From IMG/VR virus record IMGVR_UViG_3300042371_001161, positions 32,001 to 96,000 of that record: 64,000 nt of DNA; one strand, 5' to 3'. Positions 18,246-27,700 of this stretch are shown one piece after another. The notes under the pieces are model-generated. The model worked only from the letters and a program-made list of their open reading frames with translations. It made no database searches and was not told where the DNA came from. Numbering within the stretch: the first letter of the stretch is position 1; every line of letters begins with the position of its first letter. Source of the DNA: a virus. A program made the position numbers and the translations under genes.

Positions 18246-18788
18246 TCATAAATTGTCATTATTAATGTCCCCGAAAGTCCATTTACCATCAAGGCAATCC
18301 CATAGCGAACGGTCGATGGCCGTATCTTCAAGGTCAAACTCTTCTAATAAGTTTTTGTGCGCAATGATTGCCCTGCGGTAAAAGTCAACTTCCTTCCACC
18401 CGTCGTTATTACTGGTTTCCCCTGTGTCAATCATTAGGCAGACGTCGTCAAGACGGCGGTCTACGTGATATTTGAATCTCTTGATTCGGGTTGCTTTTTC
18501 ACCATAGTAACGAAGTGCTTCCGTCGTTAGTTTCCCACCTTTGGCACCAAGAGAAGAATAACGCTGCTGGTCTGATTCACTATCTGCCTCTATTGAGTCA
18601 ATTTGTCTTTGTAGGTTGTCCGAAAGAGCTATAAGAGCACGCTTCCATCTATCCCAATGTTCTGGATTTTGAAGTTCTTCGCGTTCTTGAAGTGAAGTTT
18701 TGTTTTTTACTTCTTCGGCAACCATTCTTGCAAAGGCGTCGTCGTTCCATTTTGTATTCATTGTTTTATTAATCTGTGATGTCTCCAT
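18246..18788 (-). CDS. Hypothetical coiled-coil protein
   Basis: Track ORF is 18246..18884, but it overlaps the upstream gene. More likely starts are ATG at 18788 or 18761. Confidence 0.6.
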   Translation of the reverse strand: METSQINKTMNTKWNDDAFARMVAEEVKNKTSLQEREELQNPEHWDRWKRALIALSDNLQRQIDSIEADSESDQQRYSSLGAKGGKLTTEALRYYGEKATRIKRFKYHVDRRLDDVCLMIDTGETSNNDGWKEVDFYRRAIIAHKNLLEEFDLEDTAIDRSLWDCLDGKWTFGDINNDNL

Positions 18789-18801
18789 TAGGGCCTGCAA
18801 C

Positions 18802-19593
18802 TTATTTCCAGGCTGGGCAAATTGACTTGAAGCCGCACCAATTGCAAAGAATTGACTTGTTTGGCTCAAAATGACCCTGAGCAATTCTCAGGTCGATGCC
18901 GGCTTTAACCTCAGCAATGACAGAAGCAACATTTGCAATGTCTTCTTCGGTTACTCGTTTTTCAAATCTGACGCCGTCTTTTAGATAAAGCAATTCAATC
19001 TCAAAGTTTTTTGCCTCTATTCCGGCACTTCCTAGAAGTTGAGTGTAAATTATTAATTGGAAATACTTATCATCAACATACTGTTTTTTGGGAGTTTTCC
19101 CGGTTTTGTAATCACAAACCTTGGCCGTATCTCCATCCACATGAAGGCGGTCTATGTATCCGTGGAGCTTCACTCCAGAGATTTCCCCCTCTACATGCTC
19201 TTCAATCGCCCATGGCTGAACCTCCATAGGTTGCTCTAGGGCCCAAACATTTTCAACACACCACCAAGCGGTCCACCTAAAAAGTTTGATTTCTTTTTCT
19301 GAACGAATAATGGTTTTTACCATTTCTTCCCATTTTGACTCCCACAGGTCGCGAGCAATCAATCTCGCAGTGTCTTGAGTTCTTTGCTCAGGAGGAAGGG
19401 CGTACATTGTTTCGAGAATCTCATGCACGAAATTTCCAAGCATTGTGGATTCAGTGGGAGAATCTTGCAAGCCATCAATTTTAGTGAACTTAAACTTTAA
19501 TGGACACTGACGGAATGTTCCAATTGAAGACGGTGAAAGCATGTTTGGGGCTTTCATGACAACCGACTGTTCACTTGTCATTTGGTGACTCAA
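18802..19593 (-). CDS. PD-(D/E)XK RecB-like exonuclease with Cys cluster
   Basis: Contains LSPSSIGTFRQCP, LHGYIDRL, DYKTGK, FQLIIY and CNWCGFKSICP. Confidence 0.9.
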   Translation of the reverse strand: MSHQMTSEQSVVMKAPNMLSPSSIGTFRQCPLKFKFTKIDGLQDSPTESTMLGNFVHEILETMYALPPEQRTQDTARLIARDLWESKWEEMVKTIIRSEKEIKLFRWTAWWCVENVWALEQPMEVQPWAIEEHVEGEISGVKLHGYIDRLHVDGDTAKVCDYKTGKTPKKQYVDDKYFQLIIYTQLLGSAGIEAKNFEIELLYLKDGVRFEKRVTEEDIANVASVIAEVKAGIDLRIAQGHFEPNKSILCNWCGFKSICPAWK

Positions 19594-20269
19594 TAATTGT
19601 CGCTCCGAAAGATAAACGCATTGCTTCTACTATGAGAGCCTTAATTTCTTCTTCTGTCACTGTAGTGCGGGTCGGCTTTGGCTTTCCAGAAGAGTATTTC
19701 GCCCAAAAGTCATTTAGGGACTCTTTTTGCTCTTTGTCAAGAGTCTTTGTGACGCCTACAAAGTTGTTCCATTCTTCGTCCAATTCAGAAGATGGTTCAA
19801 TATTGGGGCTCGGCTCAACGTGAGGCATGGATGCGCCAATTGCGTCTTCGGCATCCATGGCATCGGAAGAGCGTGCTAGATAAAGTCCGACACCAAGTAG
19901 CTGTGCTGCTTTTTTAAGGGCATCCGAGACTGCTCCCTTGAAATCGTTGCCAAGGTCAACAGGCTTATTGTCTTTTCTCTGACGCTTTACTGACTGTCCA
20001 CCGAAGCCGTGCTTAGTTATCGTGCATCCATCAATCGTTGCCGTAAGGGAAACGTGCGCAATTATTTCGTCGGTATCGATTAAATCACGAGCAACAGAAA
20101 TGATTTCGAATGACCAGTTGCTCATTCCCAGCACCTTATTTAGGCGATTTATAACTTCACTAATTGGCAGATAAATTAACTCAACACCACTTTTTATGAG
20201 TGTTCGTTCCATTTCTTCTGGAAACGGCTCCGCCAAGAGACGGGCGATATCGTTGCTGTTCTGTGTCAT
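19571..20269 (-). CDS. Rad52/Rad22-family single-strand annealing protein
   Basis: Contains LIYLPISEVINRLNKVLG..NWSFEI...GFGG...FKGAVSDALKKAAQLLGVGLYL. Confidence 0.85.
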   Translation of the reverse strand: MTQNSNDIARLLAEPFPEEMERTLIKSGVELIYLPISEVINRLNKVLGMSNWSFEIISVARDLIDTDEIIAHVSLTATIDGCTITKHGFGGQSVKRQRKDNKPVDLGNDFKGAVSDALKKAAQLLGVGLYLARSSDAMDAEDAIGASMPHVEPSPNIEPSSELDEEWNNFVGVTKTLDKEQKESLNDFWAKYSSGKPKPTRTTVTEEEIKALIVEAMRLSFGATIIESPNDK

Positions 20270-20280
20270 TTTTCCTCTAT

Positions 20281-20775
20281 TCAGTTTTTCGGTTTACGGA
20301 CAATAATGCTGGTTTTGAGCTCGCCGACTTCGCTAAAGCTATCGGCGTTAATCCCAATTTTGTTCAGTTCTTTAATTCGCCAATACGAAGGGGCGCAGTA
20401 TGTAAGCATTTCTTCTGCTATTTGTTTTGGAGATTTTGTAACTTCGCCAGTATCCATATCAACCGACATTTTTACGATACGGTCCGCAACGGCAGAACCC
20501 AGGTCTAGGTGCTTCCAGCCCTTTCGGTCATAGGAAGATTTCTTTTCAATGGTTGTGCCATCTGGAAGGAGGAGCGTGTCAGAAGCGCCCATAATGTCAG
20601 CAAAAAGATTTGCAAATTGTTCGTAGACAACAGACATGTCTCGTTTGAGGAAGTTTAACTCTGCAAGAACTTCTCCAGCTTCTTCTGCTGTTGGGTCCCC
20701 TGCAAGGAATGACGAAACATGTCCGTCAAGCTCTAAAATAGCCGAACGGAGTTCCTGGATTTTTTCTAAGCTCAT
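20281..20775 (-). CDS. Hypothetical protein in recombination module
   Basis: 164 aa, co-oriented with the recombination genes, preceded by a strong promoter match. Confidence 0.65.
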   Translation of the reverse strand: MSLEKIQELRSAILELDGHVSSFLAGDPTAEEAGEVLAELNFLKRDMSVVYEQFANLFADIMGASDTLLLPDGTTIEKKSSYDRKGWKHLDLGSAVADRIVKMSVDMDTGEVTKSPKQIAEEMLTYCAPSYWRIKELNKIGINADSFSEVGELKTSIIVRKPKN

Positions 20776-20812
20776 ATTGGTCCCTTTAGTATGTGTCTAA
20801 TTGCTTGCTAGT

Positions 20813-22126
20813 TTAGAGGAGTATAGAAGCTTTCCTGCGTCTAGGCAACCCCAAGCCGGTAAGAAAAGTAAAAGCCCCAACAGCGGAGTCTACTTGGTCG
20901 TCGTGATTAGCGGACTCGGGGAAAGATGAAAATTCATCAAGGAAATCTGTGAGCCATGGAGCCCTAACTAGGCGAACATTCCCGTTTGCAGCAGATGCAG
21001 CGAATGGACGCGCTCTCGTGACCTTGTCTCCGGTTGGCCTCATAGCTCCAAAATCGTACCCAGGAACCACATATCTGGCGTACTGGTCAACTAGCGCCTT
21101 GCCAGATGAACCAGGCTCCTGCTCCATCCTGACGGCCACTCCGTATCCGTCCTCTGCCGCCGTCTGGGCAATTAGTTGTTCTACTTTCTCGCCCCTTACT
21201 CGTGCTTTTTTGATGTCAAGAATGTACGAAACGCCACCGTCGAACATCATGAGGGTTCCGACTGTCCAGTCAGGGTCAGGGTATGACGCGGTGGGCTCGG
21301 ATGCTGCAAGGTCCCAGAATCTAACGACTCTGGCAGAATTGGTTATGACGGGGATTTCGCTGGGGTCAATAATTATGAAAGATTCGCGGTCAAAAAGGCT
21401 ACCGAGGGTCGTCGACCACCAGTCGCCTTCTTCTAGACGTCGCCGTTCAACGGGGTCTAGGGCAGACAGGGCCTGCCTATATGAATCTGCATCAATTCCT
21501 GGGTTGTCTTTAAGCGTGGATGGAACAAAGACCCGTCCAGTCTCTCTGCCCTCTACGATGAACCGCTGACGAACCCAATTCGGAGCAGGGTTGGATGCCG
21601 CCCTCATCCGAAGCGGAATCTGCGCCAAAGGACCACTTGCGGGACGACGCAGACGAGAGAAAAGGTATCTATAGTCGGATTCTCGGATTTCTGTAACTTC
21701 GTCCATCCCTATGAACTGAAACTCAGAACCTTTGTATCTCAGATAGTCGTTAACGTTATTTAGGTAGCCGAATGAAATGCGAGCCCCAGATGGGAAGGTG
21801 GCCACGAAACTATTGTTATTCCAGTGAACATCGTCATAGTTACTCATCCACGATTTAAAGCGGTCCATCAAGGCACCTGGCAGAGAGAGGTCGGCAAATG
21901 TTCTACGGAAGAGGATTGCTGAATAGCCAGGGACATCCACATACTGTAGGGCGGCCATCAAAAGGGCTGAGGACTTGCCTCCACCAGCCGCCCCACCAAA
22001 GAGACCTTCAAGGCAGTTTGTCCTCAAAAAAACTTTTTGATTCAAAGATGGCTCTTCTGGGCAAAAAGGAGGCAGCTTGGGGCTCAGATACTCTAGAACT
22101 TCTTCCCAGTTAGATTTTGATGCCAT
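20813..22126 (-). CDS. terL: Terminase large subunit
   Basis: Walker A GGAAGGGKS, Walker B FIGMDEV, RAASNP, and nuclease motifs FWDLAAS, DPDWTVG and HDDQVDS. Confidence 0.95.
   Translation of the reverse strand: MASKSNWEEVLEYLSPKLPPFCPEEPSLNQKVFLRTNCLEGLFGGAAGGGKSSALLMAALQYVDVPGYSAILFRRTFADLSLPGALMDRFKSWMSNYDDVHWNNNSFVATFPSGARISFGYLNNVNDYLRYKGSEFQFIGMDEVTEIRESDYRYLFSRLRRPASGPLAQIPLRMRAASNPAPNWVRQRFIVEGRETGRVFVPSTLKDNPGIDADSYRQALSALDPVERRRLEEGDWWSTTLGSLFDRESFIIIDPSEIPVITNSARVVRFWDLAASEPTASYPDPDWTVGTLMMFDGGVSYILDIKKARVRGEKVEQLIAQTAAEDGYGVAVRMEQEPGSSGKALVDQYARYVVPGYDFGAMRPTGDKVTRARPFAASAANGNVRLVRAPWLTDFLDEFSSFPESANHDDQVDSAVGAFTFLTGLGLPRRRKASILL
20820..20848 (-). promoter_or_regulatory. SigmaA-type promoter TTGCCT-N17-TATACT inside terL 3' end
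   Basis: -35 at 20848-20843 and -10 at 20825-20820, pointing into the recombination genes. Confidence 0.55.
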
Positions 22127-22195
22127 AAGTTAACGTAACCAATCAAATAGCGCCCATGGTGCCCGAGGGCCAACTTCTGCGCTACTGTATCTTAC

Positions 22196-22462
22196 ATGCC
22201 ACCAGCATCAGAGAACATAAAAAAACAACGCAAAAAATCACCCGGAAGACTTAGGGTGGTATTATTATCTCCAGTTTTATTCCTCAAAAAAACAAAATCT
22301 TCACTAGCAGCCAAGGCGAACAGAGGAACTTTCGCAAATTTGTTAATGGTTTGCTTTATAATGTTCTGTAGTATTGGTACAGGTATGATATTCATGCCTG
22401 CCGGTTGGGTGGTTGCTGGTGTTTGTTGCGGACTTTTCGCTTTGTTATTGGGCCTCGGGTAG
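22196..22462 (+). CDS. Small membrane protein upstream of portal
   Basis: 88 aa, basic N-terminus and two hydrophobic helices. -10-like TACTGT lies 7 nt before the ATG. Confidence 0.6.
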   Translation: MPPASENIKKQRKKSPGRLRVVLLSPVLFLKKTKSSLAAKANRGTFANLLMVCFIMFCSIGTGMIFMPAGWVVAGVCCGLFALLLGLG

Positions 22463-22469
22463 GTAGCGC

Positions 22470-24581
22470 ATGCGTTGGAACCCGTCTCAAAATAAAAATA
22501 TAATCCCCCCGTCCCGCAAGGACCTGGGCTATGGAGCTCCGGTATCCATAAACCCGTCCCTAGCAGGGAAAGCGTATAAGGATGGATGGGACATTGAACG
22601 CGCCTATCGCGAGGGAATGTCCAAGATTACTTGGGTCAATAGATGTATTGATGCGATTGCTGGAAATCAGGCTCGCCTTCCAATTATTCTTAGGAAAGAC
22701 AACTCTAATCAGGGGGAAATAGTTCGCGGCCGCGAGGCCAACAGGTCTACCCTCTTAGAGCTCTTGAATAATAAGGCGAATGTAGGAGAAAACTCTTTTA
22801 TTTTCCGATACAGATTGTCGGCTCAGCTGATGCTCGGTACTCGAGGGGCATTCGTAGAGAAAATTAGAGGACGGGATGGGGGAATTATTGCCCTCAACCT
22901 TCTTCCACCTCAATCAACGGCACCAATACCGGACCCCAAAAAGTTCGTATCAGGGTACGAAGTACAAATGCCCTACGGAGAAAAGCAGTTCTTAAAGCCA
23001 GAAGATGTTTGCTGGATAAGGAGACCGCACCCTCTCGACCCTTATCTGTCCCTTACGCCACTGGAAGCGGCTGGGGTTGCCATTGAGATAGAAAACCTAG
23101 CCAAAATCTACAACCGCAACTACCTGCTTAATGATGGTCGTCCTGGCGGCATTTTGGTTGTTCGTGGAGAGATGGAAGAAGACGATAAGGAGGAGCTTAG
23201 AAATAGGTTCCGCGGCAATCTGGCAAGGGCTGGTCATACAACAGTTATTGCTGCCGATGACGGTGTTGATTTCGTCGATACTTCGGCCAATCCGCGCGAT
23301 GCGGCATATGTTCAGATGCGTCAAATAACAAAAGAAGAAATTCTGTCAGCATTTGGTGTTCCTGAATCCGTCATAGGAAACGCTTCTGGAAGAACATTCA
23401 GTAATGCCGGAGAAGAAATCCGTGTTTTTTGGATGGAAACAATGCTCCCCCATCTTGAGCCAATCGCCAGAGCTCTTGATGAACTCGATGACAAGTATTA
23501 TCTAGATTTTGACACGTCAGAAGTCCCAATTCTTATGCTCTACAAGCAGGAAAGAGACAGGTACCTGTTGCAGGAGTTCCAGACTGGCTTAATTAGTGCA
23601 AACGAGTATAGAATCGGTTCTTCTCGTAAAGAAGTTGAGGCAGACCTCGCAGACTCCTTGCTCCAGAACCCCAATCTCATTCCGATTGCTAACACCAAGA
23701 AGAAAATGGAAGAAGGCCAGACTGAAGTCCCAGGTATGCCAGGAATGCCTCCGGGAATGCCAGGAATGCCGCCGGGAATGCCGGGAATGCCTCCAGGTGT
23801 GCCAGGAATGCCCCCAGGACCAGTTCCGCCGGGCGGCGAACCTGTACCGCTGGACGTCAATACGATGGCTGGGGCACTTGCGGAGTCCGCAGCCAGTGGC
23901 CAGCTTGCGCAAACAACAACCCCACCAGAGGCCTTTGGAGGCGGCGTACAGGCTCCAATGCCCCCAGGACCTATGTCCGTGGCATCGTCGCCGGATAACG
24001 AGATACAGGTAAAGTCCACGGAAGAAAAACAAGAGACCAAAGACGCAATTGACCGCAATGAACAGGCGATAGAGCGATGGACGAACATTCTAGCTCGTGG
24101 CATGGAGAGAGTTATTGAGCGCCAGCAACGAGTAGTTCTTGAAAAGGCAAGCGGGACAAAATCAAGGAAAGCCCTAATGCACGGCACGCTTGATATTGAA
24201 TCCGTATTGTCAATAGATACGTGGAACAAGCAGTTCGATGAGGATATTCGTCCTGTTGTGTCATCAATTATTAATGATTCTTTTGAATCGAGAGTTAATG
24301 ACGCATCCACAAACGGTCTCAAAATCAAAGCCTTGCCAGCAAAAGATGTTCGAGCAATGGTTGATGCACATACATTGAGAATTAAGAAAATTAACGAGTC
24401 TCATTTCAATGAAATTAACTCTTTAATGCTCAAATCTTTCGTGTATGCGGATGAAGAAAAACGGTTTAGTTTCTTTCGCGATGGTCTCGTAGAAATGTTC
24501 ACGGATTTTTTTGCGCACCAACAAGAATTACTGGCAGAGCGCGAGACAAGGTCGGCATGGAGTTTCGGCCAGACAGTTTAA
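22470..24581 (+). CDS. Portal protein (HK97 family) with Gly-Met-Pro insert and C-terminal helical extension
   Basis: Contains WVNRCIDAIA, LSPLEAA-like LSLTPLEAA, YNRNYLLNDGRPGG, AFGVPESVIG and GLISANEYR. Confidence 0.92.
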   Translation: MRWNPSQNKNIIPPSRKDLGYGAPVSINPSLAGKAYKDGWDIERAYREGMSKITWVNRCIDAIAGNQARLPIILRKDNSNQGEIVRGREANRSTLLELLNNKANVGENSFIFRYRLSAQLMLGTRGAFVEKIRGRDGGIIALNLLPPQSTAPIPDPKKFVSGYEVQMPYGEKQFLKPEDVCWIRRPHPLDPYLSLTPLEAAGVAIEIENLAKIYNRNYLLNDGRPGGILVVRGEMEEDDKEELRNRFRGNLARAGHTTVIAADDGVDFVDTSANPRDAAYVQMRQITKEEILSAFGVPESVIGNASGRTFSNAGEEIRVFWMETMLPHLEPIARALDELDDKYYLDFDTSEVPILMLYKQERDRYLLQEFQTGLISANEYRIGSSRKEVEADLADSLLQNPNLIPIANTKKKMEEGQTEVPGMPGMPPGMPGMPPGMPGMPPGVPGMPPGPVPPGGEPVPLDVNTMAGALAESAASGQLAQTTTPPEAFGGGVQAPMPPGPMSVASSPDNEIQVKSTEEKQETKDAIDRNEQAIERWTNILARGMERVIERQQRVVLEKASGTKSRKALMHGTLDIESVLSIDTWNKQFDEDIRPVVSSIINDSFESRVNDASTNGLKIKALPAKDVRAMVDAHTLRIKKINESHFNEINSLMLKSFVYADEEKRFSFFRDGLVEMFTDFFAHQQELLAERETRSAWSFGQTV
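23730..23819 (+). repeat. Imperfect 21-nt coding repeat encoding (GMPGMPP)n
   Basis: ccaggtatgccaggaatgcctccgggaatgccaggaatgccgccgggaatgccgggaatgcctccaggtgtgccaggaatgcccccagga. Confidence 0.85.
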
Positions 24582-24639
24582 AGAAATTACTATTTCAGTA
24601 AAATAAATAATATTTTCTTTAAACAAATAACTTTGGTGA

Positions 24640-24675
24640 TAGTTGCACCGGACAGACTTCTAAATCGCTTATTAT
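24640..24675 (+). promoter_or_regulatory. Conserved TAGTTGCA-N22-TATTAT promoter-like element
   Basis: Intergenic, upstream of the protease-polyprotein ATG at 24708. Confidence 0.6.
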
Positions 24676-24707
24676 TTTCAATAGACACGACGTGAAGGGT
24701 CTATCGA

Positions 24708-27700
24708 ATGCCATCAGAATTGTTTGAATATAAGTCGTCTACGCTCGGGCACTCCGACTCCATCAATTTGGATGAAGCGCAGGGAATTGTCGAATGCTTC
24801 GTGGCTGGCATCGGCAACAAGGACTCTGTGGGCGACATCGTTGCCACTGGAGCATTCACGAAGAGCCTCCAACGCCGTAAGCCGCGCGTTGTCTGGGGAC
24901 ACAGTTGGAATGACCCCATTGGCAAGGTTCTAGAGATTTACGAAGTTCCGAACACGGATAATCGCCTTCCTATGAAAATGAAGATGGCCGGAATTGGTGG
25001 CCTGTTCGCTCGAGTTCAGTTCAATCTCAATTCAGAAAAAGGTCGCGAAGCATTCGCCATGGTCGCCTTCTTTGGCGAAGAGCAGGAGTGGTCGATTGGT
25101 TACAAGACACTTCGAGCTCAGTTTGACCAGAAATCCCAAGCAAATATCATTTATGAACTTGAGTTATATGAGGTATCTCCGGTTCTGCATGGCGCAAACC
25201 AGCTAACTGGGACTATTTCCGTTAAGTCCGAAGAGTTGTCCGGTGGAATCTTGATGTCCATGATGAACGAAGAAAACCCAATTGACAAGGCAGAGATAGA
25301 AAAGCAGCTTGCTGCAATTTTGGGCGCAAAAGTATCTTTAATGGAAGTTAACGACGAAGAGATTACGTTTGCGCGAAGAATGGACAACGGAGAAGTTGGC
25401 CGCTACAAGTGTGGATTCAGCAATAATCGCGGACATTATATGTTCGGTGCGCCGCGCCCCATTGTTGTAATGCCCGTGCGTAAGCCCATTGCTCCTGTAA
25501 GCGCAATGCCAATGGCGATGCCAGGTATGCCCCCAAATGAGCCACAAAGAATTGTTCGGCCTTCTCAAATGCCATCAATCCCAGTTGCTATTAAGCCAGG
25601 CGAAAACGGCAACCAGATAGTTCCTTTGCCACCAGTGCAATACGAAAACGATAATGGAAGTCGATTTGACCCAAGTAATCTTGACCAAGAAGAAGCTGAC
25701 TTAAGAGATGCTCTTTTAAAAATCGTAAAGCGTCACGGAAAGTTTAACGAAGATTCCGAGGGAGTATGGGCAGCGTATACCCCTGCTGCACAAAATGAAG
25801 TTGCCGGAATCGGCGTCAAGTGCTCCAACTGCGTCTTTTATCAGGGTGGAAGCGCCTGCAAGATAATCGACATGGAAGTAGAACCTGAAGGTAAGTGTCG
25901 TTTTGCCGTCATCCCAAAGGGCGTTGTCAAGGGAGCCGGCTCAAAAGCATATGAACTCGACGAGGAATTCGCCGAAGAAGATTACGTCGCTGACCTCGAG
26001 GTGAAATACCCCGGGGAATTAGCAGTTGCAGGACTTCGTGGAGTGGTCGGCAAGCGGAGAAAGAAGCGTCGGAGCTTTAAGTTCTTGAGTGAATTTGGTT
26101 CCAAGAGTGAAGATTTTGAAGACAAGCCATACTTACTTCCAGTTGTACCTCAGTTCGCGTTCCAAGTAAAACAAGTTCTTGACCCAATCTTTGATTACCA
26201 TGGTGTTGATTCTTACGTCGACACAAGCGGTATCTTCATGACTTCTGGCGTTACTTACGAATTGATTGAGGCAGTCGACAACGCTGTCGCAAATTTAAAA
26301 AAAAAATCCTTAAGTGAAAACAACCTAGAGTGGAAAGCAGCCGGGTATCGCCTCGGCAGAGCTATCAGCAGTCGATTAATTGACCGCCCAAACATCGGCG
26401 GAGGTCGTTCTCGCGGTCGTTTCTTCACATCTGTGGGTGCGGAAGACTTTGACCCATTCACTGCACGCGACTCCAACCTTAACGGCATCGTAGGAGAGGG
26501 ACTGTTCCTGCGTGGAGTTCCGCTTGCCGTAAATGACCCAACACCAGATGGTCCTGGCTCTATTCGTAACCCCAAGCCATCCCCCAGGCAGGTTGCGAAG
26601 CCGAATGCTGCAGCAATTTCTCGAGCGGAAATTCAAGTAGAGAAAATAACAAAACCTAAAGAGCGCCAGAAACTTTCCTCTGGAAGCGAGCTTGTAAATC
26701 TTCCGCGAATAGACGACCCGGATGTTGATTCGGCAGAAAAATATGGCGCAGCAGAGTCGCAGCGTGACGAGCTTCAAGGCGTTTTGGATGGAGCATCAGA
26801 TTCTGACCAAATAAAGAAGTTAAAGAAGGCCATTGCGGAAATCGACAAATACATGGAACGTGTCGAGAAGATGGCCGAAGGCGAAATGGCTGATACTGAA
26901 AAGCCAAAGAAAAAGCCCGTAAAGAAGCAGGTAGAAAAGACCAGTCAGGGTCTTTCAAGCGGCTACGGCAAGTATCTAAATAAGCCCGAGGCGAAGCGGA
27001 CGCAAGACGAGCGCCGCAAATATGACGGCCCCCTGTCCTCGCTTTCATCAGGAAAGTTGGCAGACAAGGCAGAGCTTCCCGAAGGCTCCAGCCAGCTTGA
27101 AGAGTTATACAAGGAAATGGCAAAAGATATTGTCGCTATTTTGCAGGAACTCGCCAACAATCCAGACGCATCAAAAAGATGGGAATTGCCATGGCGTAAT
27201 GCCGAGAATTATGCGCGGAATCCAACTAGTGACCGCATCTACCAAGGCATGAATCAGATGATTTTGTCCCTTACGGGCTCAGCTCGCGGCTACAAAATGA
27301 ATCGATGGGCCGGAGAGGGACAGTGGAAAAAGTTAGGCGGCAAAGTAAAACCGGGAGGCAGAAACAGGGGAGTGCAGGTTCTCGTTCCTCGTGAAGGACG
27401 AAGCTTTACTGATTCAACTGGCAAGCAAGTTGAAATGGGTCGCTACTATTCTGTTCAAACGGTATACAACGTCGATGAAATTGCAGGACTCCCAGAAAGT
27501 TTCTACGAGCTTGGTGATGTAGAAATAAACCAAGAGCAACGGTTGCAGGATATAGAAAATGTCATTAAGGAAATAGGTCCTTCTTTTGTCGAATCTCTAG
27601 GCTCGCAGGCTTTTTATCGCCCCGCCACCGACAAAATTCATATGCCTGCATTTGAACAGTTCAAGGATGCTTTGGCTTTTTATGGAACTGCAATGCATGA

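Noticed and set aside
18794-18801. Extra AGTTGCA copies (minus strand near 18800; plus strand near 56873)
   Set aside because: No TAnnnT at the 21-22 nt spacing, so they were not counted as the late promoter motif.
18802-19593. Cas4 / CRISPR adaptation gene
   Set aside because: No repeat-spacer array or other cas genes were seen. Its position beside a Rad52-like annealase fits a phage exonuclease.
23730-23819. Collagen-like repeat in portal
   Set aside because: The period is 7 residues (GMPGMPP), which breaks the continuous Gly-X-Y register.
23540-24328. Antisense ORF with GIPGIPG repeats
   Set aside because: It is the reverse complement of the portal GMP repeat.
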